NCBI GenBank assembly: GCA_016432245.1
Contig: CP066680.1
Span: 106,446 to 170,445 of the forward strand
DNA length: 64,000 nucleotides
DNA from: Deltaproteobacteria bacterium
Lineage (GTDB): Bacteria > Myxococcota > UBA727 > JABDBI01
Reading direction: 5' to 3'
Under the pieces are notes generated by a model. It was not told where the DNA came from, ran no database searches, and worked only from the letters and a program-made list of their open reading frames with translations. How positions within the stretch are numbered: position 1 is the stretch's first letter; every line of letters starts with the position of its first letter. A program made the position numbers and the translations under genes. Below are positions 30,623 to 38,965 of the stretch, piece after piece.

Positions 30623-32866
30623 ATGAATATTGAATTATTTAATGAAAAGACTTTAATCATTGTAGAATCACCAACAAAAGTAAAAACGGTTCAGAAATTT
30701 ATAAGTGGACAGTATAATATACAGGCTTCTAAAGGGCATATTGTAGATCTTCCTTCAAGCGTTGTTGGGATAGATCTTGATAATACTTTTTTATCGAAAT
30801 ATGAATATATTTACGAAAAAATTGATATAATCAATTCTGTAAAAAATTTTATTATACATGGAAAAATAAAATATATATTTATAGCTGTTGATGTAGATAG
30901 GGAGGGAGAAGCAATAGCATTTCATTTAGCCAATTTAATTTTTAAGAGCAATCCTTACTGCATAATCTTTAGAGTAAAGTTTTTAGAATTAACAAGGAAA
31001 AGTTTAGAGAAATCTTTTAAAAGCCCCCAAAAGATTGATTTTAATTTAGTGTATGCTCAGCAAACACGAAGAATTTTAGATAGACTTGTAGGATTTTTTC
31101 TTTCCCCATTTTTATGGAATAACATATTTGTCGGATTAAGTGCAGGTCGAGTGCAATCAGTTGCTTTATATCTAATTGTATTACGAGAGCATGAATATTT
31201 AAATAGCACAAACTTTGATTATTGGATTATTGAAACATTGTCTAAGTCAAGTGATGGTTTATATTTTGAGTCAAAAGTAATTTCGCATTTAAAGTCAGTG
31301 CATGAATTTAATAGCTTTAATAAGGCAAAAGAAGTAAAAAAGACATTAGAACATGAAGAGCTAAGGCTTAAATCTATAAAAAAAACTAAATATAGTAGAA
31401 ACCCTTCGGCTCCGTATAATACAGTAAGACTGCAGCAAGAAGCATCGCGATATCTGAAATTTTCAATACAAAAGACGATGACAATTGCACAATCCTTGTA
31501 TGAGGGAGTTTCTTTATTTAATGAAAATATTGGTTTAATTACATATATGCGCACAGATTCTACATATACTAATTATGAATCAGTTGCAGAAGTTCGTAAA
31601 TATATTAAAAAGCATATTGGTTCTGAATATGTATCAACAGTTCCTTTATCGTATATGGGAGGAGGGCTTGGGTTTCAAGGAGCTCATGAAGCAATACGGC
31701 CAACGTTTGTAAAGTATGAGCCTGATAATATAAAATATTCATTGTCGCTAGATCAATACGCTTTATATCGCATGATATGGGCTAAATTTGTATCATCACA
31801 AATGATGAAAGCATTTTTTTGGAGAACAGAAATTTTGTTTGAGAATAGTACTTGTATTTTGCTTGCATTAAGTCAACTCTTAGAATTTGATGGATTTTTG
31901 CGAGTGCAAAATACCAACCTATGCAAAATTGGAAGAAATATAGAATTCTTAAAAGGAAGTATAGATTTATTATTGACTCGCATTATTAATAAAAAAAGAA
32001 ATCTTACTAAAAGATTTAATGAATCAAGTTTAGTTCATATACTTGAAAAAAGTGGGATAGGAAGGCCCTCGACTTATGCGAATATCTTATTTAAAATTCA
32101 AAATAAAAAATATGTAGATAAGCTAAAAAATGGGCACTACGTACCAACAGAGTTAGGTGTTGTTGTTATTAGTTTACTTCAGAAAACTTTTTCAAGAGTT
32201 TTAGATATATCTTTTACGGCTGCTGTTGAAAAATTTTTAGATAAAATAGAAGTTGGAGAAGAAAATTGGATAAATATTCTTAAAAGGTTTTATAACCCTT
32301 TTTATTTATCATTTAACTGCGAAAAGAATAATAAGATAAATATAAATTTTACAGAGGAAGAGACTATAATTTTTTGTAGAAAATGTAATGGAAGTAAAAT
32401 GGTTATTCGCTGGGGGCGATTTCAAAGTTTTTTAAGATGTGCAACTTATCCTATTTGTAAAAATATTATAAGTTACAGAAGGGATAAAAGAGAAAGGCTT
32501 TTAATTGAATTATACAAGCAGAAAAAGTGTTTTTTATGTCAGTCATTTATGGTGTTGAAAAAAAGCTTATATGGACCATTTTGGGGATGCATAAATTATC
32601 CAAATTGTAAATTTACACAAAAGTTTTTAAGCGATGTAAAATGTATGCATAAGGAATGTACGGGATACATTATTAAAAATAAAGGGGCACATGGGAATGT
32701 GTTCTTTAGATGCTCTAATTATTTGAACTGTGGGGAAAATTGGAAACATTCAATAATATATTCAATTTGTCCAATATGTCTTACTTGTAAGGTTAGAAAA
32801 GTTTCAAACATTAAAGAAAGATGTAGTGTTTGTTATTTGAAAAACATTAATTTTTTTATGCGTTAG
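30623..32866 (+). CDS. topA: DNA topoisomerase I with C-terminal zinc-ribbon repeats
   Basis: Start reassigned to the ATG at 30623 (MNIELFNEKTLIIVESPTKVKT, Toprim N-terminus). It has the catalytic Tyr region and a Cys-rich C-terminus (…CRKCNGSKMVIRWGRFQSFLRC…CFLCQSFMV…CPICLTC…). Confidence 0.9.
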   Translation: MNIELFNEKTLIIVESPTKVKTVQKFISGQYNIQASKGHIVDLPSSVVGIDLDNTFLSKYEYIYEKIDIINSVKNFIIHGKIKYIFIAVDVDREGEAIAFHLANLIFKSNPYCIIFRVKFLELTRKSLEKSFKSPQKIDFNLVYAQQTRRILDRLVGFFLSPFLWNNIFVGLSAGRVQSVALYLIVLREHEYLNSTNFDYWIIETLSKSSDGLYFESKVISHLKSVHEFNSFNKAKEVKKTLEHEELRLKSIKKTKYSRNPSAPYNTVRLQQEASRYLKFSIQKTMTIAQSLYEGVSLFNENIGLITYMRTDSTYTNYESVAEVRKYIKKHIGSEYVSTVPLSYMGGGLGFQGAHEAIRPTFVKYEPDNIKYSLSLDQYALYRMIWAKFVSSQMMKAFFWRTEILFENSTCILLALSQLLEFDGFLRVQNTNLCKIGRNIEFLKGSIDLLLTRIINKKRNLTKRFNESSLVHILEKSGIGRPSTYANILFKIQNKKYVDKLKNGHYVPTELGVVVISLLQKTFSRVLDISFTAAVEKFLDKIEVGEENWINILKRFYNPFYLSFNCEKNNKININFTEEETIIFCRKCNGSKMVIRWGRFQSFLRCATYPICKNIISYRRDKRERLLIELYKQKKCFLCQSFMVLKKSLYGPFWGCINYPNCKFTQKFLSDVKCMHKECTGYIIKNKGAHGNVFFRCSNYLNCGENWKHSIIYSICPICLTCKVRKVSNIKERCSVCYLKNINFFMR

Positions 32867-33101
32867 ATTGAAGATTTTGTTTTCTCATTAATTTAGAAGT
32901 TTTTTTTGCAGCAGCTTTCCAGTGGATAATGCGTTTTCGGGAGGCAATAGCTAAAAGTTTTTGCCCAATTTGAACGGACTCTTCATTTATGTTAAGAAAT
33001 ATTTTTTTCAATTTAGTATTTAAAGAACTTTTTAATGATCGATTTAATAGTCGTTTTTTTTGCGATTGAATATGTCTTTTAATTGTTGATTTATGTCTCA
33101 T
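32856..33101 (-). CDS. rpsT: 30S ribosomal protein S20
   Basis: 81 aa; the basic, helical MRHKSTIKRHIQSQKKRLLNRSLKSSLNTKLKK is typical of S20. Confidence 0.75.
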   Translation of the reverse strand: MRHKSTIKRHIQSQKKRLLNRSLKSSLNTKLKKIFLNINEESVQIGQKLLAIASRKRIIHWKAAAKKTSKLMRKQNLQSNA

Positions 33102-33149
33102 AAATTAAATGTATTATTTTGAAAAAAAGATGTCAATGAATGGTTTAAT

Positions 33150-33222
<73 letters not shown>

Positions 33223-33282
33223 TTTCAATAGGTAATCTAAGATAAAAACATATAAGAGGTCAAGGGTTGTTTTTTGATTTGA

Positions 33283-33288
33283 TATAAT
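33283..33288 (+). promoter_or_regulatory. consensus -10 hexamer TATAAT 19 nt upstream of tRNA-Ser
   Basis: Perfect TATAAT at 33283-33288. No good -35 was found. Confidence 0.25.
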
Positions 33289-33306
33289 GTAATATTAAGT
33301 ACAATT

Positions 33307-33391
33307 GGACAGCTGACCGAGTGGTTTAAGGTGCTTGATTCGAAATCAAGAGAACATTTAGTTTCCGGGGGTTCGAATCCCTCGCTGTCCG
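33307..33391 (+). tRNA. tRNA-Ser (anticodon CGA)
   Basis: 85 nt type II tRNA with a long variable arm. Anticodon arm is CTTGA-TTCGAAA-TCAAG, T arm CGGGG-GTTCGAATCC, acceptor GGACAGC/GCTGTCC. Confidence 0.8.
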
Positions 33392-33403
33392 AAAAATAGA
33401 GAA

Positions 33404-33490
33404 GGAGAGGTGGCTGAGTGGTTGAAAGCGCACGATTGGAAATCGTGTTTAGGATAACACCTAACGAGGGTTCAAATCCCTCTCTCTCCG
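33404..33490 (+). tRNA. tRNA-Ser (anticodon GGA)
   Basis: 87 nt type II tRNA. Acceptor is GGAGAGG/TCTCTCC, anticodon arm CACGA-TTGGAAA-TCGTG, with a long variable arm and T arm GAGGG-TTCAAAT-CCCTC. Confidence 0.8.
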
Positions 33491-33505
33491 GTCTAGGATA
33501 TAAAG

Positions 33506-34891
33506 ATGACGTATATTTCTTTAGCTCGCAAGTGGCGACCTACGTGTTTTTCTGATGTTATAGGGCAAGATCATATAATAAGATTGCTTCAAGGTGCAAT
33601 AAGAAAAGGGAAGCTAGCGCACGCTTTTTTATTTTCAGGCACGCGTGGGCTTGGAAAAACTACAGTTGCTCGGCTTCTTGCTAAAATTATTTGTTGCGAA
33701 AATTCACATAAGCAGGAGCCATGCAATGTATGTACACAATGTTTCACGATTTCTTCGGGACATTCATCAGATGTTTTAGAAATTGATGGAGCAAGTAATA
33801 ATAGTATTGATGATATAAGAAATCTAAAAGAATTTGTAAGGCATCATCCAATAAATGGAAGGCATAAAGTGATTATTATTGATGAGGTTCAAATGTTGTC
33901 AAATAGCGCTTTTAATGGTTTGCTAAAATTAATAGAGGAGCCTCCTTTGCATGTAAAATTTATATTTGCGACCACAGATATAGAGAAAATTCCAGTGACA
34001 ATAGTGTCTAGATGTCAAAAATATGATTTTAAAAAGATTTCTTGTAAAGATATGGTAGTCAAATTACAAGAAGTGGCAATTAAAGAGCGTATACCTATTA
34101 AGGAAAAAGGACTTTATTTAATCGCTTTGACTTCGGATGGTAGTATGAGAGATGCTTTAAGTTTATTAGATCAAGTTGGTACAATTTCTCATGTAGAGAT
34201 AACAGAAAAACATATAGTAGAGTTAATTGGATTAGCAGAACAAAGTAATATAGATAAAGTAGTCGATGCAATTTTATATGGGCATTCGAGATGTGTAATT
34301 CAGGAATTTAATAAATTATGTGTTCAAGGAAAGGATGAAAAAAGGATTTTAGATGCTTTGATTGAAAGATTGAGAAATATTCTATTGCAAGCTATTTCTG
34401 GAAGTTTTCCTGAAATGAGTAATTTTAATCCAGAATATATAGAGTTCATTAGAACACGAGCATTTTTGTTTTCACAGGAGGATTTACAGCGAATATTATT
34501 TTTAGGTTATTTTTTTTTAAACCAAATAAAAAGAAATGAAAATTTTACTTTATTAATTGAGCTTGCTCTTATTAAGATGACTAAACGGCCTAAGGTAATA
34601 GAAAAAAATGCAATTGAGGCTAAAATTAGGACATTAGTGAATCTATCAAAGTGTAGAAAAGAAAGATTAAATGAACATAAAAAATGGATTATTTTGTTTG
34701 ATAAAATTTATAGTGCAATACCATCAATTGCTTATTATTTAACGATGGGAACATATGATGCTTTTGGAAATATTTGGATATCTAATAAGTCTTTTTATTT
34801 TAGATTAAAAGTTTTATTTGCAATGAATTTATTTAAAAGTCAATGCTTAAAGTATCATGGTTTTTTTCCAATTTTATTTTTAGAAAATTAA
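33506..34891 (+). CDS. dnaX: DNA polymerase III subunit gamma/tau (short form)
   Basis: 461 aa. It has the Walker A GTRGLGKTTVARLLAKII, a Zn-module CxxC (CNVCTQC) and an SRC motif (TIVSRCQKYDFKKI). Confidence 0.85.
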   Translation: MTYISLARKWRPTCFSDVIGQDHIIRLLQGAIRKGKLAHAFLFSGTRGLGKTTVARLLAKIICCENSHKQEPCNVCTQCFTISSGHSSDVLEIDGASNNSIDDIRNLKEFVRHHPINGRHKVIIIDEVQMLSNSAFNGLLKLIEEPPLHVKFIFATTDIEKIPVTIVSRCQKYDFKKISCKDMVVKLQEVAIKERIPIKEKGLYLIALTSDGSMRDALSLLDQVGTISHVEITEKHIVELIGLAEQSNIDKVVDAILYGHSRCVIQEFNKLCVQGKDEKRILDALIERLRNILLQAISGSFPEMSNFNPEYIEFIRTRAFLFSQEDLQRILFLGYFFLNQIKRNENFTLLIELALIKMTKRPKVIEKNAIEAKIRTLVNLSKCRKERLNEHKKWIILFDKIYSAIPSIAYYLTMGTYDAFGNIWISNKSFYFRLKVLFAMNLFKSQCLKYHGFFPILFLEN

Positions 34892-34933
34892 AATATTGAA
34901 AAAGAAAATAGATAGTGTATATTATAGATATCT

Positions 34934-35827
34934 ATGAATAAATTTCTATTGTTTTTGTTTTTTACTATTGCAGGATGTAAATTTTCCATTTTTGACTCAA
35001 GTAAAATAGGTGATTTACAAAATGAAATTAGTCCTAAAATTAAAAATGGTAATGAAGTTAAAAATTATTTTTTTCAATCAGATTTAGGTAGAGTAAGTTA
35101 TTCTGTCGGATATTTAGCTGGGAGATCAATTACGGAAAGATTTCCTGAGTTAGATTCAGATGCTATTTCATATGGGTTTAGACATGGCCATGAAGGTGCT
35201 GATTCGTTATTAGATTCTGAAATTGCGGATCAGATAGTGGATAAATATAGGAAAGCATTAATTTATAGGAAAAAAATTTTAAAAAAAGAATTAAATATCA
35301 AAAATAAAAAAATAGGCCAATTGTTTTTAGAGAAAAATAAAATAAAAAATGGAATTGTAAATTTAAAAAGTGGGCTTCAATATAGAGTAATTCATAAGGG
35401 CACTGGTCCTAAACCAATAAGTATTCATGATGGAATAAAATTTGAATTTATAGCAAAGGACATTTATGGAAATGTTATAGAAAATAGCAGAATACAACAT
35501 AAACACGGTTTCATGCGAATTTTAGACGCTATAGAAGGAATCTCAGAGGCATTTTTAATGATGAAAGTTGGATCTGAGTGGGAAGTATATATTCCACCTC
35601 ATTTGGCGTATGGAGTAGAAGGATATAGTGGGATAGAGCCGTCTCAAGTTATTGTTGTAAATATTAAAGTACTTGATATAAAGAAATTACCTCCGAGAAA
35701 AAAGCAAAAACAAAAGAGATTTGAACAAGTATGGAGAAAGTATAAAGAGGCAATGCAACAATCAATAAAGATACAGAAAAAGATATTGAAAGAAAAACTT
35801 ATAGACGACGAAATTATCGATTCATAA
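34934..35827 (+). CDS. FKBP-type peptidyl-prolyl cis-trans isomerase (lipoprotein, Mip/FkpA-like)
   Basis: 297 aa. It has a lipobox-like FTIAGC N-terminus and a C-terminal FKBP domain (GLQYRVIHKGTGPKP…GSEWEVYIPPHLAYG). Confidence 0.75.
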   Translation: MNKFLLFLFFTIAGCKFSIFDSSKIGDLQNEISPKIKNGNEVKNYFFQSDLGRVSYSVGYLAGRSITERFPELDSDAISYGFRHGHEGADSLLDSEIADQIVDKYRKALIYRKKILKKELNIKNKKIGQLFLEKNKIKNGIVNLKSGLQYRVIHKGTGPKPISIHDGIKFEFIAKDIYGNVIENSRIQHKHGFMRILDAIEGISEAFLMMKVGSEWEVYIPPHLAYGVEGYSGIEPSQVIVVNIKVLDIKKLPPRKKQKQKRFEQVWRKYKEAMQQSIKIQKKILKEKLIDDEIIDS

Positions 35828-35828
35828 A

Positions 35829-37229
35829 TTATTTATTTAAATATTTGGATAAGGCAACTTTCAAAAAGGCAGGCTCATAGTTTCCTTTTGTTTTTTTTAT
35901 AAGACTTCCAAGTAAAAAATTGAAAACCTGCACTTTTCCGTTTTTATATTTTTCTATTTCAATATGGTGTTCTGTGCAAATATTTTGAATAATAATTTTA
36001 AGTTCTAGATTGTTGTGAGATAAAGAAAGATTATTTTGTTTAATGTATTGATCTATATTTAGATTAGTGTCTATTTTCAGTAAATTTAATATAAACCTTG
36101 CATTTGTTCGTGAAATTACCTTATTTTTAATGTGTAACATTAATAGCGCGATTTGCATCGGAGGAATAGAAGATGTTTCCAGCTTCATTTCGTTTATGAT
36201 CCAATTTGCAATCATTTTAGGGCTATTGCAAATAGATAGTAACACTTCAAAGTAATTTGATATAGGTAAATTAGATGACAATATGTAGGACTCTGAAGTA
36301 CTTAAATGTAGTGAATATAAGTATCTAAGATATTTACGTATAGGAAGCTCAGGAATTGTTTCTTTAATTATTTTAATATATTGAGTACATAAGATGGAAG
36401 GGATATCAGGGTCAGGAAAAAATTTATAATCTAAATTTATTTCTTTTTTTCTTAGTGTTTTAGTTTCTTTAGATATAGAATTCCATAATTTTGTTTCTTG
36501 TAAAATTTCCTTTCCGGATAAAAGTTGAGACATTTGAAGGGAAATTTCATAATTGAGAGCTTGAGTTAAATATTTAATAGAATTTAAATTTTTTATTTCG
36601 ACCTTCGTTCCTAAAGAATTAGTATTGCTGAGGGAAATATTTGCATCTACACGTATATCTCCTTTATCTAAATTCCCATTACAAATATTAAGAAAAGATG
36701 TAAGATTTTTAATTTCTTCAAAAATTCTTGAGGCATCATATGAACTATAGATTGTTGGTTTTGTTATAAGTTCAAGAAGTGGAGTTCCAGCTCGATTATA
36801 GTCACAGTATGTTACATGATTATTTTCTGTATGTACATTTTTTCCAGCATCTTCTTCTATTTGAATTTTTTCGATTTCAATTCCTTGAATGCCTTGATTT
36901 GATCTAAAAAATAGTGTTCCGTTTCGGCATATAGGGTGATAATATTGAGATATTTGATATCCTTTTGGAAGGTCTGGGTAGAAATAATGTTTTCTATCGA
37001 ATTGGCAAATTGAAGAGATTTTACAATTTAAAGCGAGTCCTAACTTTATTGCGGATTCTATTGGGTTAAGATTTAAGCAAGGTAGACTTCCAGGGAGCCC
37101 AATATCAACAGGATTAAGATTTTGATTAGGTTCGCTTCCGTATTCGTTCAATTCATTAGAAAATAGTTTGTTTTTGCAATTTAATTTGATGTGAAATTCT
37201 AACCCTATTGTTGGTTTGTATTTGTTCAT
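35829..37229 (-). CDS. gatB: Asp/Glu-tRNA(Asn/Gln) amidotransferase subunit B
   Basis: Start placed at MNKYKPTIGLEFHIKL (cf. MxxxETVIGLEVHVQL). The full GatB core and C-terminal YqeY-like tail are present. Confidence 0.85.
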   Translation of the reverse strand: MNKYKPTIGLEFHIKLNCKNKLFSNELNEYGSEPNQNLNPVDIGLPGSLPCLNLNPIESAIKLGLALNCKISSICQFDRKHYFYPDLPKGYQISQYYHPICRNGTLFFRSNQGIQGIEIEKIQIEEDAGKNVHTENNHVTYCDYNRAGTPLLELITKPTIYSSYDASRIFEEIKNLTSFLNICNGNLDKGDIRVDANISLSNTNSLGTKVEIKNLNSIKYLTQALNYEISLQMSQLLSGKEILQETKLWNSISKETKTLRKKEINLDYKFFPDPDIPSILCTQYIKIIKETIPELPIRKYLRYLYSLHLSTSESYILSSNLPISNYFEVLLSICNSPKMIANWIINEMKLETSSIPPMQIALLMLHIKNKVISRTNARFILNLLKIDTNLNIDQYIKQNNLSLSHNNLELKIIIQNICTEHHIEIEKYKNGKVQVFNFLLGSLIKKTKGNYEPAFLKVALSKYLNK

Positions 37230-37485
37230 ATGTTTGTAAAACATCCTTGCACAAGTCATTAAACGAATGGGAAACAGATGGCAAAATTGTAAAAATGTAA
37301 TAATTGTGGGTTATTTTTAATTTTTGCTTTATTATATACTTTAAGCGCCTTTTAATCAAATTTCTAAAGTGAGCTTTTCCGACTTTTTTAGATAAGCAAA
37401 GACCCACTTTTAGATTGACTGCTGAAAAGAATGTTATAATTATATATTTACCTTTAAATTTTGTACCATATTTATTTGCCTGCAA
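37156..37485 (-). CDS. rnpA: ribonuclease P protein component
   Basis: 109 aa, basic. VGLCLSKKVGKAHFRNLIKRRLKYIIKQ fits the RnpA pattern LGxxVSKKVGxAVxRNRxKRxLRE. It lies immediately downstream of rpmH, and its last ~24 codons overlap the gatB start. Confidence 0.65.
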   Translation of the reverse strand: MQANKYGTKFKGKYIIITFFSAVNLKVGLCLSKKVGKAHFRNLIKRRLKYIIKQKLKITHNYYIFTILPSVSHSFNDLCKDVLQTYEQIQTNNRVRISHQIKLQKQTIF

Positions 37486-37519
37486 AAAAAAATTATGTTT
37501 TATCGTTTTAATTAATTTC

Positions 37520-37669
37520 TCACTTTTTATAGATACATGGAGTTAATATTTTACGCTTTTTTAGCCGCCTTCTTTTTATAACATTACACCCTGCAGAAGA
37601 ACTCATTCTGCTTAGAAATCCATGTGTTCTTAATAATTTAATTCGACTTGGTTGATATGTGCGTTTCAT
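37520..37669 (-). CDS. rpmH: 50S ribosomal protein L34
   Basis: Not in the ORF track because it is under 60 aa. The minus strand translates to [49 protein letters not shown] (49 aa). This matches the L34 consensus MKRTFQPSxxKRxRTHGFRxRM…RRxKGRKxLT, in the canonical rpmH-rnpA position. Confidence 0.8.
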   Translation of the reverse strand: MKRTYQPSRIKLLRTHGFLSRMSSSAGCNVIKRRRLKKRKILTPCIYKK

Positions 37670-37765
37670 TAAAAAAAACATATTAAATTCATGTTATTTG
37701 TCAAGAATGAACCTTGTAAAAGGAAAAGCAATGAAGATAAAATAACATAATAGTTATAGTTATTT

Positions 37766-37840
37766 GGTGGATGTAGCTCAGCTGGTTAGAGCATCAGGTT
37801 GTGGCCCTGAGGGTCGAGGGTTCAAATCCCTTCGTTCACC
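37766..37840 (+). tRNA. tRNA-His (anticodon GUG) with encoded G-1
   Basis: G-1 at 37766 is opposite C73. Acceptor is GTGGATG/CGTTCAC (with G:U wobbles), anticodon arm TCAGG-TTGTGGC-CCTGA, T arm GAGGG-TTCAAAT-CCCTT. It overlaps spurious ORF 37764..37964. Confidence 0.8.
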
Positions 37841-37850
37841 CAAAGACTAT

Positions 37851-37924
37851 GCACTCGTAGCTCAGCAGGATAGAGCACCGGACTTCGATTCCGGGGGTCA
37901 GGAGTTCGAATCTTCTCGAGTGCG
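37851..37924 (+). tRNA. tRNA-Arg (anticodon UCG)
   Basis: Acceptor GCACTCG/CGAGTGC, D arm GCTC-AGCAGGATA-GAGC, anticodon arm CCGGA-CTTCGAT-TCCGG, T arm AGGAG-TTCGAAT-CTTCT. Confidence 0.75.
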
Positions 37925-37927
37925 GAG

Positions 37928-38947
37928 TTATTTTTCAAGTATGTATAAAAATTCCTTATTGTAAGAGTGCGAACTATGGCCAACGGGAATACCGAATTTG
38001 TTGTGGATTCCAATTTTTGAGCCTATATATCTTTTGTACTTAAAGGACAGGATTGATATTAGTTTTCCATGTTTTGATAAAAATTGTTTTAATTCGTTAG
38101 AATTGATAAATCCTTCATCGCTAAAAGATAAGATGATATTTTTAGATTGAATTATATTTAAAAGATGAGAGAGGTTTGAGAGAAACAAGTTTTTATAATT
38201 AAAGATGCTTTTTCTAACTTTACAGTCTATTCTTTTACATGCGATTCCATAGTGTGCCGGCTTATCCCAGAGGGCTAGGGATTCCCATATATGATAGTTA
38301 GCAAGGTAATTATGTTGGTTATATGGAGGATCTATATAGGCCACATCGGCAATGATTTTTTTTGCAGCGGACAGCACGTCAAGATTAAGGGCAAGGCTTT
38401 TTCCATAAGTGCTTTGATAAAGGAGAGTTGGTACTTTGAGTGTTATTGGTTTATATGCTCTTGGTGGAAATTTTTTTAAGTAAGCCATTTGCATTCCGCA
38501 AGTTGAATCAACTTTATCTGCGGCTTCTATTAATGACACTAAAAGAATAGCCGTTAATGCAGGAGGCAGTGAGTGGTGTAGAATCTCTTCTCTTATAGAA
38601 TCAATTTTTTCACCATTTGACTTATGAAAAAAATTAGATTTAACACAGAATGTGCTTGTGAAGTATCCAGAAGAGCCGTGAAGAGTGTTTAAATAGGCAA
38701 TCCATAAGGAGGTATCTTTGATTAGTTCATATGAAAAATCGGTTTCGACATAGCATTTTGCTAACATATAGGCGAAAAAATTGTGGTCATTAGAGAAAAC
38801 TTGGTACCCTTTTTTCTTTAGAGCATAGCCGACACAGGACGAGCCTGAAAATAAATCCATAACAGAAGTTGCATTTGGAAAAAAATCTGCTATAGTATTT
38901 AATATGAAAGGTGTCATTTTTTTTTTGGATCCTAAATATTTAATCAT
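37928..38947 (-). CDS. N6-adenine DNA methyltransferase, Dam/D12 class (alpha-type); orphan
   Basis: 339 aa. It has the N-terminal YLGSKKKM (cf. Dam KWAGGK), an FxGxG-like SAM site (MDLFSGSSCVGYAL) and the catalytic DPPY (VAYIDPPYNQHNY) in the C-terminal half. No adjacent endonuclease-like ORF was found. Confidence 0.75.
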   Translation of the reverse strand: MIKYLGSKKKMTPFILNTIADFFPNATSVMDLFSGSSCVGYALKKKGYQVFSNDHNFFAYMLAKCYVETDFSYELIKDTSLWIAYLNTLHGSSGYFTSTFCVKSNFFHKSNGEKIDSIREEILHHSLPPALTAILLVSLIEAADKVDSTCGMQMAYLKKFPPRAYKPITLKVPTLLYQSTYGKSLALNLDVLSAAKKIIADVAYIDPPYNQHNYLANYHIWESLALWDKPAHYGIACKRIDCKVRKSIFNYKNLFLSNLSHLLNIIQSKNIILSFSDEGFINSNELKQFLSKHGKLISILSFKYKRYIGSKIGIHNKFGIPVGHSSHSYNKEFLYILEK

Positions 38948-38965
38948 AATTACCTTGGAGGCTGT

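Noticed and set aside
37764-38013. ORFs 37764..37964(+) and 37822..38013(-)
   Set aside because: They are translations across the tRNA-His and tRNA-Arg genes (…AQLVRASGCGPEGRGFKSL…), not protein-coding.
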